Source: Psychrilyobacter atlanticus DSM 19335 (GTDB lineage Bacteria; Fusobacteriota; Fusobacteriia; Fusobacteriales; Fusobacteriaceae). From it: a stretch of DNA of 64,000 nt. The stretch lies in the NCBI RefSeq assembly GCF_000426625.1, contig NZ_KE384547.1, positions 1,477,159 to 1,541,158 of the forward strand, in the 5' to 3' direction. Made by a program: the position numbers and the translations under genes. Position 1 is the first letter of the stretch; each line of letters opens with the position of its first letter. This document shows, in pieces, positions 49,792 to 58,486 of the stretch. The notes below the pieces were generated by a model. That model was not told the origin of the DNA and did no database searches. It saw nothing but the letters and a program-made list of their open reading frames with translations.

Positions 49792-50697
49792 TTATTTGAA
49801 TTTATTCTCATATTTTTTTTTGAAATTTTTAATTTTTATATCTTTCTCTTTAGCCCATTCTTTTAAGTATGTAGTATCTTTTTTTAATAATTTTTCTTCG
49901 ATTGCTTTGATCAGTTCATTTACTGCAGTAAAAACACCTTCTAGAGCAAGTTCTATATCTTTTGGATATCTTAAAGATCTTAGTTCTAATATCCCAGACT
50001 CATTCATTCTATTGTGTATAATTGAAGTTTGTCCATGAACACTCATAGAATAAATTTTAAATGGCCCATTAAAAAGTCCTCTATAAGAATTACTATTATC
50101 ATTATAAAGGTCATACCATTTTACTCTCCCTTTCTTTTTTTTATTCACCTTGACTAATTCATCTTTTATTTTTTCTTTAAAACTTTTTAAGTCCTCAACC
50201 ATTACAGTATAATTTATTCGGGCCTCTTTTAGTTTCTTTTGTTGTTTTTCCTTGGCTGATTTATCTTCTATACTTTCTTTAAAAGTTTCCAAGTCTTTAT
50301 ATTCTTTATTGAATTCTTTATCAAGTTCATCGAGTGCCTTTTTTTTATATTTAAGAAAGTCTTCTTGTTTAAAATATAAATATGACATAGCTCTCTTTTC
50401 AGAATTTTTTTTTAAAATAAACAAAATTTCGCAAGTCAATTCGATAAGACATCGCATTAAAATATTTATATTATCTGCCGAAGCATAACTTCCTAATATT
50501 TTTATCCCATCTATTTTTTCTAAAGCTTCTCTACTCAGCATTAATGTAAGGTTTTCCGTAACCCCAATAATTTTAATTTTATTTATTTCTTTAAATACTT
50601 TATAAAAATCTCTGAATAATTCATCTATTATAGATACAAATTCCTTACTCATCTCATTTATAAGTTCAGTTTTTTCTTGAAAGCAATCCAATTCCAT
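49792..50697 (-). CDS. Hypothetical protein inserted between hsdR and hsdM
   Basis: 301 aa. No NTPase or nuclease motifs. Lys/Glu-rich coiled-coil C-terminal half. Occupies the slot that PrrC/Abi-type genes occupy in other type I loci. Confidence 0.35.
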   Translation of the reverse strand: MELDCFQEKTELINEMSKEFVSIIDELFRDFYKVFKEINKIKIIGVTENLTLMLSREALEKIDGIKILGSYASADNINILMRCLIELTCEILFILKKNSEKRAMSYLYFKQEDFLKYKKKALDELDKEFNKEYKDLETFKESIEDKSAKEKQQKKLKEARINYTVMVEDLKSFKEKIKDELVKVNKKKKGRVKWYDLYNDNSNSYRGLFNGPFKIYSMSVHGQTSIIHNRMNESGILELRSLRYPKDIELALEGVFTAVNELIKAIEEKLLKKDTTYLKEWAKEKDIKIKNFKKKYENKFK

Positions 50698-50721
50698 AAA
50701 TCCTCCTCTGGCAGTAAGTCC

Positions 50722-53523
50722 CTACCAAGTATACTTATGTACAATCTCTGCAACCTGGTCTTTGATTAATTCTATTTTTGCTTTTCCATCTCTAAATCCT
50801 AATTTTTGTGTGAAAGCTCCCTTTATCTGTTTTCTGTCAAACTTGTTGGAATATTCATATTCACTCATTATATTTTCCATTCCCTCTCTATCCAACTGTT
50901 CATCTTCTACAAGGTTATTTATCGCACTTTCTTTTTCTACTTGTATAAATTTATCGAATTCATCTTCGATATTTTCCGGATTATCCAAATGAGGTACATT
51001 TTCTTCTATAAATTTCTCTATAAGTTTCTTCTTACTTCTAAGTTCAGGTGCATTTTCTATAGCTTTTAGTATAAACTCTTTATCCTTGGCAAAACCTTCA
51101 GCTTTAGGATCAAGTTCCTTTAATAAAGCCATGATATAAGCCACATTTATATCATCTCTTCTGATAAGATCTATTTCAAAATCCAATTCATCTATTATAG
51201 ACGTTTTCTCAATTCCATTTTCATTTGTATTTTTATATTTTTCAAAAATATCTAGATATTTACTTTTATAATCTTCAAATGTCTGATGATCTATATCTAA
51301 TACATCAAAAGAAAACTCACTAAAACTAGTTAATCTAGTCATAACTCTGAGCAGGTTTCTATATGCTTGGACAAAATGTGCTATATCATCTTCACTCTGC
51401 AGGTCATCTACTGAATCTACACTTGGAGTTATTGCTGTTAGTTTTTCTAAATAACCATTAAATTCATCTACATATGCAGAATATTCTTTCATTAATACAG
51501 TCTCTAAAGCTTCTTTATTAGAAAATAATTTTATAGCTTCATCTGTTCTATTTTTTAGATTTCTAAAACAAACTATATTTCCATGCTTTTTCTTTTCATT
51601 TAATAACCTATTAGTTCTTGAAAATGCCTGAACAAGTCCATGATATTTTAAATTTTTATCTACATAAAGTGTATTTAATCCTTTACTGTCAAAACCTGTT
51701 AGGAACATATTTACTACTAATAGAATATCTATCTTTTGTTTTTTTACTTTCTTGGAAATATCAATATAATACCCATTAAACCCGCCATCTTTGTTTAGGT
51801 CATGGTTAGTTCCAAATGTAGTATTATACTCAGTAACTATTTCATCTAGCTTATCTCTTGTATGCTTATTAGTTTTTTCTTTCTCTTCTTCAGTATAACC
51901 ATCTGCTTCCAGATCTTCTTCATTAGCTGAATATGTAAATATTGTAGCTATTTTTAGATTATGGTCCTGGCTTTTAAGCAAATCATAATATTTAATCAAT
52001 GTATCGATAGAACTAATTGCAAAAATAGATGTAAACTCTTTACCATATGTTTTCCTGGTATGATTAGCAATTATAAATTTTGAAATATTTTCTAATCTTT
52101 GGGGAGCATTAAAGACCTCTTTGGTATCTATACCCTGAACTTTGAGATCATCTACCGGGAGATCTTCTCCATCAGGCCCGATGAGACACTTGGACTTAAA
52201 TGTATTATAATATTCCACTGAAAATCCCAATACATTGTCATCACTTATGGCATCTTTAATCACATATTTATGTAAACAGTCATTAAAAAGATCTGCAGTA
52301 GTTTTATGTTTTATTGCATTATCTGCAAATATAGGTGTACCGGTAAATCCGAAAAATTGTTTTTGATTAAAAAATTCAGTTATCTTATTATGTGTATCTC
52401 CAAACTGGGATCTGTGACACTCATCAAATATAAATACCATCCTTTTATCTTTTGCTATACTCATTTTTTTCTCTAAATTTCCCTTACTAATAGCATTATT
52501 TAATTTTTGGATAGTGGTAATTATTAGTTTAGTTTTATTATCTGTTATCTGTTTTACCAGGTGATTGGTGTTATCTGTACCATCTATACTTCCCTTTGAA
52601 AAAGCATTAAATTCTTTTATAGTCTGATAATCCAGATCTTTTCTGTCTACTACAAATAATACTTTTTCTATATTTTTATTCTGAGTAAGAATTTGACTTG
52701 CCTTAAATGAAGTAAGGGTTTTCCCTGACCCGGTAGTATGCCAGATATAACCATTTTTACCTGGTGAAGTTTCAACTCTGTTCAAGATTTTTTCTACTGC
52801 ATAATACTGATATGGTCTCAGTGCCATCAATATTTGGTCCGATTCATGAAGCACTATATATTTAGCTATAATCTTAGCTAAATGACATTTTTCCAAGAAT
52901 ATATCTGTAAATTTATTTAACTCACTATATCTGTTATTTTCAATGTCAGTCCAATAAAAAGTCTGCTTAAACGACTGATACCTGTTATTGGCATAATATT
53001 TTGTATTTACACCGTTACTTATTACAAACAGCTGGATATAGTGAAATAATCCCTGATAAGAATGTTTATGATATCTGTTTACCTGGTTAAATGCTTCTTT
53101 AAGTTCTATCCCTCTTCTCTTTAGTTCGATCTGTACCATGGGAATTCCATTTATAAGAATAGTCACATCATATCTATTTTTATATTTTCCTACCATGGTA
53201 ATTTGATTAGAAACCTGAAATATATTTTTACACCACTCTTTTTGATTAAAGAATTCTAAATAAAAAATATCTCCATTATCTCGGTTTAATTCAAATTTAT
53301 CTCTTATTTTCTTGGCTTTTTCAAATACACTCCCTCCAGACAAATGGATAAGAACTCTTTCAAATTCTCTGTCAGAAAGATATATCTTATTATGAATCTC
53401 AAGCTGTTTTCTAAAGTTTATTTGAAGTTTGGCTTCATCATCTATACAAACTTTTTCATACCCTTGTGATACTAGCTGATCTATAAGTTTATTTTCAAGT
53501 GCTGCTTCTGATTGTGTGCACAT
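50722..53523 (-). CDS. hsdR: Type I restriction endonuclease R subunit
   Basis: HsdR N-terminal nuclease region. SF2 helicase motif I TGSGKT and motif II DECH (FDECHRS). 933 aa. Confidence 0.8.
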   Translation of the reverse strand: MCTQSEAALENKLIDQLVSQGYEKVCIDDEAKLQINFRKQLEIHNKIYLSDREFERVLIHLSGGSVFEKAKKIRDKFELNRDNGDIFYLEFFNQKEWCKNIFQVSNQITMVGKYKNRYDVTILINGIPMVQIELKRRGIELKEAFNQVNRYHKHSYQGLFHYIQLFVISNGVNTKYYANNRYQSFKQTFYWTDIENNRYSELNKFTDIFLEKCHLAKIIAKYIVLHESDQILMALRPYQYYAVEKILNRVETSPGKNGYIWHTTGSGKTLTSFKASQILTQNKNIEKVLFVVDRKDLDYQTIKEFNAFSKGSIDGTDNTNHLVKQITDNKTKLIITTIQKLNNAISKGNLEKKMSIAKDKRMVFIFDECHRSQFGDTHNKITEFFNQKQFFGFTGTPIFADNAIKHKTTADLFNDCLHKYVIKDAISDDNVLGFSVEYYNTFKSKCLIGPDGEDLPVDDLKVQGIDTKEVFNAPQRLENISKFIIANHTRKTYGKEFTSIFAISSIDTLIKYYDLLKSQDHNLKIATIFTYSANEEDLEADGYTEEEKEKTNKHTRDKLDEIVTEYNTTFGTNHDLNKDGGFNGYYIDISKKVKKQKIDILLVVNMFLTGFDSKGLNTLYVDKNLKYHGLVQAFSRTNRLLNEKKKHGNIVCFRNLKNRTDEAIKLFSNKEALETVLMKEYSAYVDEFNGYLEKLTAITPSVDSVDDLQSEDDIAHFVQAYRNLLRVMTRLTSFSEFSFDVLDIDHQTFEDYKSKYLDIFEKYKNTNENGIEKTSIIDELDFEIDLIRRDDINVAYIMALLKELDPKAEGFAKDKEFILKAIENAPELRSKKKLIEKFIEENVPHLDNPENIEDEFDKFIQVEKESAINNLVEDEQLDREGMENIMSEYEYSNKFDRKQIKGAFTQKLGFRDGKAKIELIKDQVAEIVHKYTW

Positions 53524-53591
53524 AATTTATCTCCTAAAACCTTTATTTTTTTAATTCTTCACCATTTAAAATTATCATTGGAATTTCCTAA

Positions 53592-54053
53592 TTAAAGATT
53601 GTTTTTTTCCTCTATTAACTCTAGCAACACATCTAATTTATTGACATCTAATAGCGTTTTTGATTGATTAAATGTTACCTTTCTAGAAAAAACATCCCCT
53701 AACTCTTCACTAGAAATTGGACTAAATGTTTTAATAGTTCCCTTTGAAAAGAAATATCTTCCTTTCTCTTCCCATACGTCCTTAACAACTTTATCTAAAA
53801 TTCCACATGCTACAATTGAAGCTCTAAATTGAAATAATATGAGTGCTTTTTCTCCATCTGGGAGGGCGATTCCTTGCCCTTCATAGTTATAAAACATCTT
53901 TCCAGTTATTTTTTCTCTTTCTTTTAACCTTCCTTTAAAAAATTCTTCTTGTAAATCTTCTATCCCCCACTCTTTAAATTCTTCTTTAGAGCTCATAGGT
54001 AGAATTTGTATCCTTGTCCTAGTCATTAAAGATTCTAGATCTTTTATTTCCAT
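53592..54053 (-). CDS. Hypothetical protein
   Basis: 153-aa ORF between the CI-like gene and hsdR. Confidence 0.3.
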   Translation of the reverse strand: MEIKDLESLMTRTRIQILPMSSKEEFKEWGIEDLQEEFFKGRLKEREKITGKMFYNYEGQGIALPDGEKALILFQFRASIVACGILDKVVKDVWEEKGRYFFSKGTIKTFSPISSEELGDVFSRKVTFNQSKTLLDVNKLDVLLELIEEKNNL

Positions 54054-54082
54054 AATTTACTCCTTATAAGTTTTAGTTATTT

Positions 54083-54790
54083 TTAATTCCATTCATCCTC
54101 ATAATATGTTTTTATTACCTTTCCTTCACACTTTAATTCCTCACTATTTAAAATTATTAATGCAGGAACATCAGGGTTAAATGATACTAATTGGATAATA
54201 TTCTGACTATCTATTAATAATTGTTTTATAAAAGTCTCCTCATTATACGTAAACACACAAACTTTTTTATTCAGTTCTTTAGGGTCTTCACACATTCCAG
54301 GGTCTACCAACGCTACTGATCCATCAAAAATAGATTTTTTCCCCATCCTAGTCATGGAATCTCCTTCTACCCTCACTGCAAATCTTCCTGGAGCATAGTC
54401 TTCTGCCGGAATAACAAATTCTTCATCAATCATATCTGATAAATTTATATATCCTGGACCTGCACTTGCAGTTCCATACATTGGAACTGTAGTTTTTTGA
54501 GTTTCGATTCTAGAATTTATTCTTTTTACATTTGATGGTATGTTTAAATAGCCTATCTCGTTAAATACTTTAATTACATCAAGATCGTATATTTTGCATA
54601 AGCTTTTTAGCAATATTGCATTGGGAACTTTTCTCTCTGCATTTTCCAACCTTTGAACATCACTCTTACTAATTTTTAGATTTAAAAAATCTAATTTTAT
54701 TTTTACCTGTTCTAATGTTAATTTTTTATTTGAACGACCATTTTTCAATAATTCTCCTAATTTAATCATTTGGTCATTATTTAATTTCAT
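54083..54790 (-). CDS. LexA/CI-like repressor (XRE HTH plus S24 peptidase)
   Basis: N-terminal HTH. C-terminal S24 autopeptidase motif (VRVEGDSMTRMG...) with a downstream Lys region. Confidence 0.75.
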   Translation of the reverse strand: MKLNNDQMIKLGELLKNGRSNKKLTLEQVKIKLDFLNLKISKSDVQRLENAERKVPNAILLKSLCKIYDLDVIKVFNEIGYLNIPSNVKRINSRIETQKTTVPMYGTASAGPGYINLSDMIDEEFVIPAEDYAPGRFAVRVEGDSMTRMGKKSIFDGSVALVDPGMCEDPKELNKKVCVFTYNEETFIKQLLIDSQNIIQLVSFNPDVPALIILNSEELKCEGKVIKTYYEDEWN

Positions 54791-54954
54791 GAAATCACCT
54801 CACTTACATTCTATAGCTTTTTAGCTACTTTTCAAAACAAAATAAAAAAAAATGTTGCTTTAAAGCTAAAAAGGTAATATACTAAAATTATAAATAGTTT
54901 ATTAGCAACAACCGAATAGCTAATTAAATATTTTTTTAGTTTGAAACCCATTTA

Positions 54955-54985
54955 ATAAAAAAAGAGCAGAATATTCTGCTCTAAA
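54955..54985 (-). terminator. Intrinsic terminator after small membrane protein gene A
   Basis: AGAGCAGAatatTCTGCTCT hairpin followed by a T-run on the minus strand. Confidence 0.5.
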
Positions 54986-54997
54986 TTATCTATTATA

Positions 54998-55186
54998 TTA
55001 ACAACAATTTTGATTACTATAACTATTTCCATTAAGAAAATAAGAATTTGTATCTTTATTTTGTAAAAGTATCTTCTTATAGCTAAGATCCTTTTTTTCT
55101 TTAGATATATAGAATTCATTTAAATATCCTAATAAAGATAATCCCATTAGACCTATAATTATTAAATCTTTTGTTTTTAATTTCAT
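54998..55186 (-). CDS. Small membrane protein A (62 aa)
   Basis: The true start is the ATG at 55186, preceded by RBS AAGGAGA. The ORF-track start at 55264 runs through the leader. One TM helix (LIIIGLMGLSLLGYL). Confidence 0.4.
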   Translation of the reverse strand: MKLKTKDLIIIGLMGLSLLGYLNEFYISKEKKDLSYKKILLQNKDTNSYFLNGNSYSNQNCC

Positions 55187-55190
55187 TTTT

Positions 55191-55276
55191 TCTCCTTTAA
55201 ATTCTGAATAGTGTGGTTCAAGATGTAAAGAAATAGCCCCCAAGCTGCTCTTGAACTGCACCATTGAGATTTTAAT
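55191..55276 (-). ncRNA. Conserved 5' leader with stem-loop, copy A
   Basis: About 80% identical to 55561..55626. Contains GTTCAAGA...TCTTGAAC plus a GGTGCA/CCACAC outer stem, with covariation relative to copy B. Confidence 0.4.
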
Positions 55277-55279
55277 TTA

Positions 55280-55552
55280 TTATTTATAATATATTTTTCT
55301 ACACATAAAACCTAAAAATATAATCCAAAAGAGTGTATATCCAAAGGTTACAAAAAAATGAATTGGAATATTTTCAAAATATATAACTGCATCGAAAAAT
55401 GCTCTGAAGCTAAAAAGTGTAACTAATCGATCATAAGAAGGATTCCCTTTTTTACCTTTTTCTTCCCTTAAAAGGGCATATAATCCTACTGGAGCAAAAA
55501 AAATAAAAGAAAGAATAAAAAATGTCTTTTTGAACTTACTTATTGCTCTCAT
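55280..55552 (-). CDS. Small membrane protein B (90 aa)
   Basis: The true start is the ATG at 55552 after RBS AAGGAGA. Two or three TM helices. Confidence 0.4.
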   Translation of the reverse strand: MRAISKFKKTFFILSFIFFAPVGLYALLREEKGKKGNPSYDRLVTLFSFRAFFDAVIYFENIPIHFFVTFGYTLFWIIFLGFMCRKIYYK

Positions 55553-55560
55553 AGAAATCA

Positions 55561-55626
55561 TCTCCTTAAACTCTGAATAGTATGGTTCAATACGCACTTA
55601 TTGAACTGTACCATTGAGACTTTAAT
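55561..55626 (-). ncRNA. Conserved 5' leader with stem-loop, copy B
   Basis: GTTCAATAagtgcgTATTGAAC with GGTACA/CCATAC outer pairs. Begins immediately after the XRE gene stop. Confidence 0.4.
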
Positions 55627-55627
55627 C

Positions 55628-55906
55628 TTACTTTGAGTCTTCTTTTGGAATGTACTCGATTAGGTCTTGAATTTTGCAATCGAATAATTTGCAAAGCTTA
55701 TCTATCGTGTCATAATCCATTCTTTTGATTTTTTCATTATAAATATTTGAAATAGTCGATGGACTCATTCCAGTCAACCTTGATACTTCAACTATAGAAT
55801 ATCTTTTTTCTCCCATAAGTTTTGATAGGTGATTTTTAATCATATATTTACCTCCTTTATTTTCTTTGATTATACTACGAAAATAATGGTTAAACAAGGT
55901 AATCAT
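55628..55906 (-). CDS. XRE-family HTH repressor (Cro/CI-type)
   Basis: HTH segment SIVEVSRLTGMSPSTISNIYN. 92 aa. Confidence 0.65.
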   Translation of the reverse strand: MITLFNHYFRSIIKENKGGKYMIKNHLSKLMGEKRYSIVEVSRLTGMSPSTISNIYNEKIKRMDYDTIDKLCKLFDCKIQDLIEYIPKEDSK

Positions 55907-56023
55907 ATGATTAGTTTAGTAAAATCATTTGACAAGTCATATGATATATAATATACTTCAACTGAGAAAACAAAGTTTTAAACTTATTAATCATTCTTAT
56001 CAACTGATTAATAATATGAAAAA
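55896..56023. promoter_or_regulatory. Divergent early promoter/operator region of the prophage switch
   Basis: Two copies of the palindrome TCATATGA (55901..55912 and 55936..55947). TTGACA at 55929..55934 precedes an AT-rich -10-like TATAAT. Separates the leftward immunity genes from the rightward early genes. Confidence 0.4.
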
Positions 56024-56341
56024 ATGTTTTTACTTAGGGGGTATAAAATGGATAAAAAAGATATAGAAAAGTTTCTAGGCTTTCTCGGTGAGCTAGAAAC
56101 TAATGGAAAATTAAAAGACAATTCTTTGGAAAGAGAGTTCTCAAGGTTATTTAATAAAATTTTTAATTTAATAAAGGAAACAGGTGATAAAGATCTTGAA
56201 AACTTGCTTATTGAATTTGAAGGTTTAAATGTTTCTTTTATTGAGCAAGTAAAAAAAGATTACTTTCTTTATGGATCTATCGGAAAAAATGTTTGTGAAG
56301 GTTGTGCCTTGGAAGATTTAAAGTCTGGTGATCTATCATGA
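56024..56341 (+). CDS. Hypothetical early protein
   Basis: 105-aa ORF. First rightward gene. RBS GGGGGT. Confidence 0.35.
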   Translation: MFLLRGYKMDKKDIEKFLGFLGELETNGKLKDNSLEREFSRLFNKIFNLIKETGDKDLENLLIEFEGLNVSFIEQVKKDYFLYGSIGKNVCEGCALEDLKSGDLS

Positions 56342-56431
56342 GTTTTAAAGATTTTAGAAAATTAGATGTAAAAAAATATTTAGAAAAATATGGGAATATA
56401 AGTCTTTCAGAATTGATTGAAATTTTAGAAG

Positions 56432-56620
56432 GTGAGAGCCATGCTGAGTAAAACTATTTATGTCATTGTGTGCAATGGCGTTCCAGTAGTGGCTTTTGAG
56501 GATCATTTAGTAGCTGAGGTTGAGTTAAGGAAAAGAAGCGATACACAGGGCATCACGTTTTCTTTGGAGCCTTGTGATCTAGAGTTAATGGTAGATAAAA
56601 ATGTAAAGACTGAGAATTAA
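56432..56620 (+). CDS. Hypothetical early protein
   Basis: 62-aa ORF. RBS AGGTGA. Confidence 0.3.
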   Translation: MRAMLSKTIYVIVCNGVPVVAFEDHLVAEVELRKRSDTQGITFSLEPCDLELMVDKNVKTEN

Positions 56621-56847
56621 AAACAAATAAAAAGAAGGAGGAGTTCTCCAATAAAAGACAATTTCTTCCTTCTAATTTATTACAATTAACTCTCTCCGTG
56701 CTAATTATAAATTACATTTCAGACAAAGTAAAGCTTTTATTAAAATTTTATTATTTGAATGTTGGGCACTCAGGGATCCTTGGATCCCGACATTGAAATA
56801 ATAAAAACTAGGAGTGTCCAACAACCTCCTGGAAAGGAGTAAAAATT

Positions 56848-57819
56848 ATGGAAAAAGAAAACATGAAGTACACCATTGGGGCTGTCCAGCAGCACCAACT
56901 CATAAAACATGACCTGGATATTAAAGATGCTTTTATTATCACTTATTTAAAAGAGATTACTACTTCTAAGAAATTAATAAACAAAAAAATTGCAGGTAAG
57001 AAATATGTTTGGATAGATTATCAAAGTCTCATTGATTATCTTCCGGCATTAAAAATTAATTCTAAAGATGTGATTGCTAGGAGGATGGCCAATTATGAAA
57101 AAATCGGATTAATTAAAAAACATATCCATAAAACTATGGCTTATGGGTCATATACGTTTTTCCATCTTGAAGAAAAGTTTAATACTATGTTTGAAATTCA
57201 AAAAGTAGAAAAGGATGATAGTGAGTTAGAAAAAATAAAAGAAAAGATGGGGCTTCTAGACCAACAAAATGAGGAACCTACTTTTGAGTCGGGTGGTTTC
57301 GACTCAAAAGTAGAGACTACACCGACTCAAAAGTCGAGACATAATACTCCCAATAGCATTCTCCCATCAAAAGATAGTAGTAGCACAGAAACAAATCCTG
57401 CTGCCTCTGATGATGATTTTTTTAAAGAATTAAAAACTATTCTTTCAGATGCCAGTATTAAAAATCATAATTCTAATACTTTGAAAAATATTAAAAATTA
57501 TTCCAATGGAGATATCGGTGAGGTTAAAAAAGTAATTGAGTTTATAAAACTTAAAAATAAAAATATGAACTCTAAAATATTAGTGGCAATTTTAAAAGAT
57601 AAAGATCATCAGATAGTTGAGCCTGTAGATATAAAAAAGGTCCCTAGAAAAGAGAAAATAGCCTTCATGATTGAAGAATTAGGAGAATTTAAAATCAGAT
57701 CTATGAGAAATGCTATTTTAAAAGAGATTGGCTGTGAATGCCAAGGTGTAGATGATGATCTGGGGAATCAGCTGTGTAAAAAATACAATAAGCTAAAAAC
57801 TCAAGGAGGAGTGGAATGA
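56848..57819 (+). CDS. Putative phage replication initiation/organiser protein containing candidate iterons
   Basis: 323 aa. Position in the early rightward operon upstream of the integrase. N-terminal region resembles replisome-organiser proteins (weak). Internal 18-bp direct repeats. Confidence 0.35.
   Translation: MEKENMKYTIGAVQQHQLIKHDLDIKDAFIITYLKEITTSKKLINKKIAGKKYVWIDYQSLIDYLPALKINSKDVIARRMANYEKIGLIKKHIHKTMAYGSYTFFHLEEKFNTMFEIQKVEKDDSELEKIKEKMGLLDQQNEEPTFESGGFDSKVETTPTQKSRHNTPNSILPSKDSSSTETNPAASDDDFFKELKTILSDASIKNHNSNTLKNIKNYSNGDIGEVKKVIEFIKLKNKNMNSKILVAILKDKDHQIVEPVDIKKVPRKEKIAFMIEELGEFKIRSMRNAILKEIGCECQGVDDDLGNQLCKKYNKLKTQGGVE
57286..57340. repeat. Candidate origin iterons inside the replication gene
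   Basis: Direct repeats CGACTCAAAAGTAGAGAC (57300..57317) and CGACTCAAAAGTCGAGAC (57323..57340). Preceded by the inverted repeat GAGTCG-8nt-CGACTC. Confidence 0.35.
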
Positions 57820-57989
57820 AACGAACATTGATTAAAAATTGGGATTATTTTAGGATTAAGACCTTGCCTGATATTAAAAAATTAGTGCTGCACGATGTGG
57901 AATATACCGATCAAGTTGATATCCAAGGAATGTACTTTGAAGCATATCTGCAGAAAGAAGCTATTGAATTTGAAGTAGAGAGGAGTTGA
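57816..57989 (+). CDS. Hypothetical small protein (57 aa), translationally coupled
   Basis: The ATGA overlaps the upstream stop. ORF MKRTLIKNWDYFRIKTLPD.... Confidence 0.25.
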   Translation: MKRTLIKNWDYFRIKTLPDIKKLVLHDVEYTDQVDIQGMYFEAYLQKEAIEFEVERS

Positions 57990-57993
57990 TTTT

Positions 57994-58380
57994 ATGAAAC
58001 GAGGAGTTTTAAACGATGATATTTTAGTTGAACTAGAGCAGATTATCCCTGAATATCTCCCATTTCAGCATTTAAAACTATTAAGGTTTTTACCTTTTAT
58101 TGATCACACAGTAAAAAATAAAGGAATATTTAAAAAAGACCAAGTAACTCGGGAAGAATTTGAAATATTATCTTATTTAGTTGAAAAAAGACATTTAGAT
58201 CTAAGTCTTCTTAATGGGCAAGCAATAAGTTCAATAATTAATCCCAAATATAAAAAAGTGGTAAGTTCAATGATTAATCCTAAATATAAAATAAAGATTA
58301 GAGATTATAAATTTTATAATCTTATGCAAAGAGCTCTATGGTTCTCATATGTCGAAAGAAGGCTTCCATGGGAAAAGTAA
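57994..58380 (+). CDS. Hypothetical protein
   Basis: 128-aa ORF. RBS GAGGAG. Confidence 0.3.
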   Translation: MKRGVLNDDILVELEQIIPEYLPFQHLKLLRFLPFIDHTVKNKGIFKKDQVTREEFEILSYLVEKRHLDLSLLNGQAISSIINPKYKKVVSSMINPKYKIKIRDYKFYNLMQRALWFSYVERRLPWEK

Positions 58381-58486
58381 AATTTATTAAGGAGGGTATA
58401 AACTATGCTATTAGGAAACGAAAAATTAACTAAAAAACAAAAGAGGGAGATCTCCAAAAGAGTCATGGAACTTTTAAGGGAATTAG

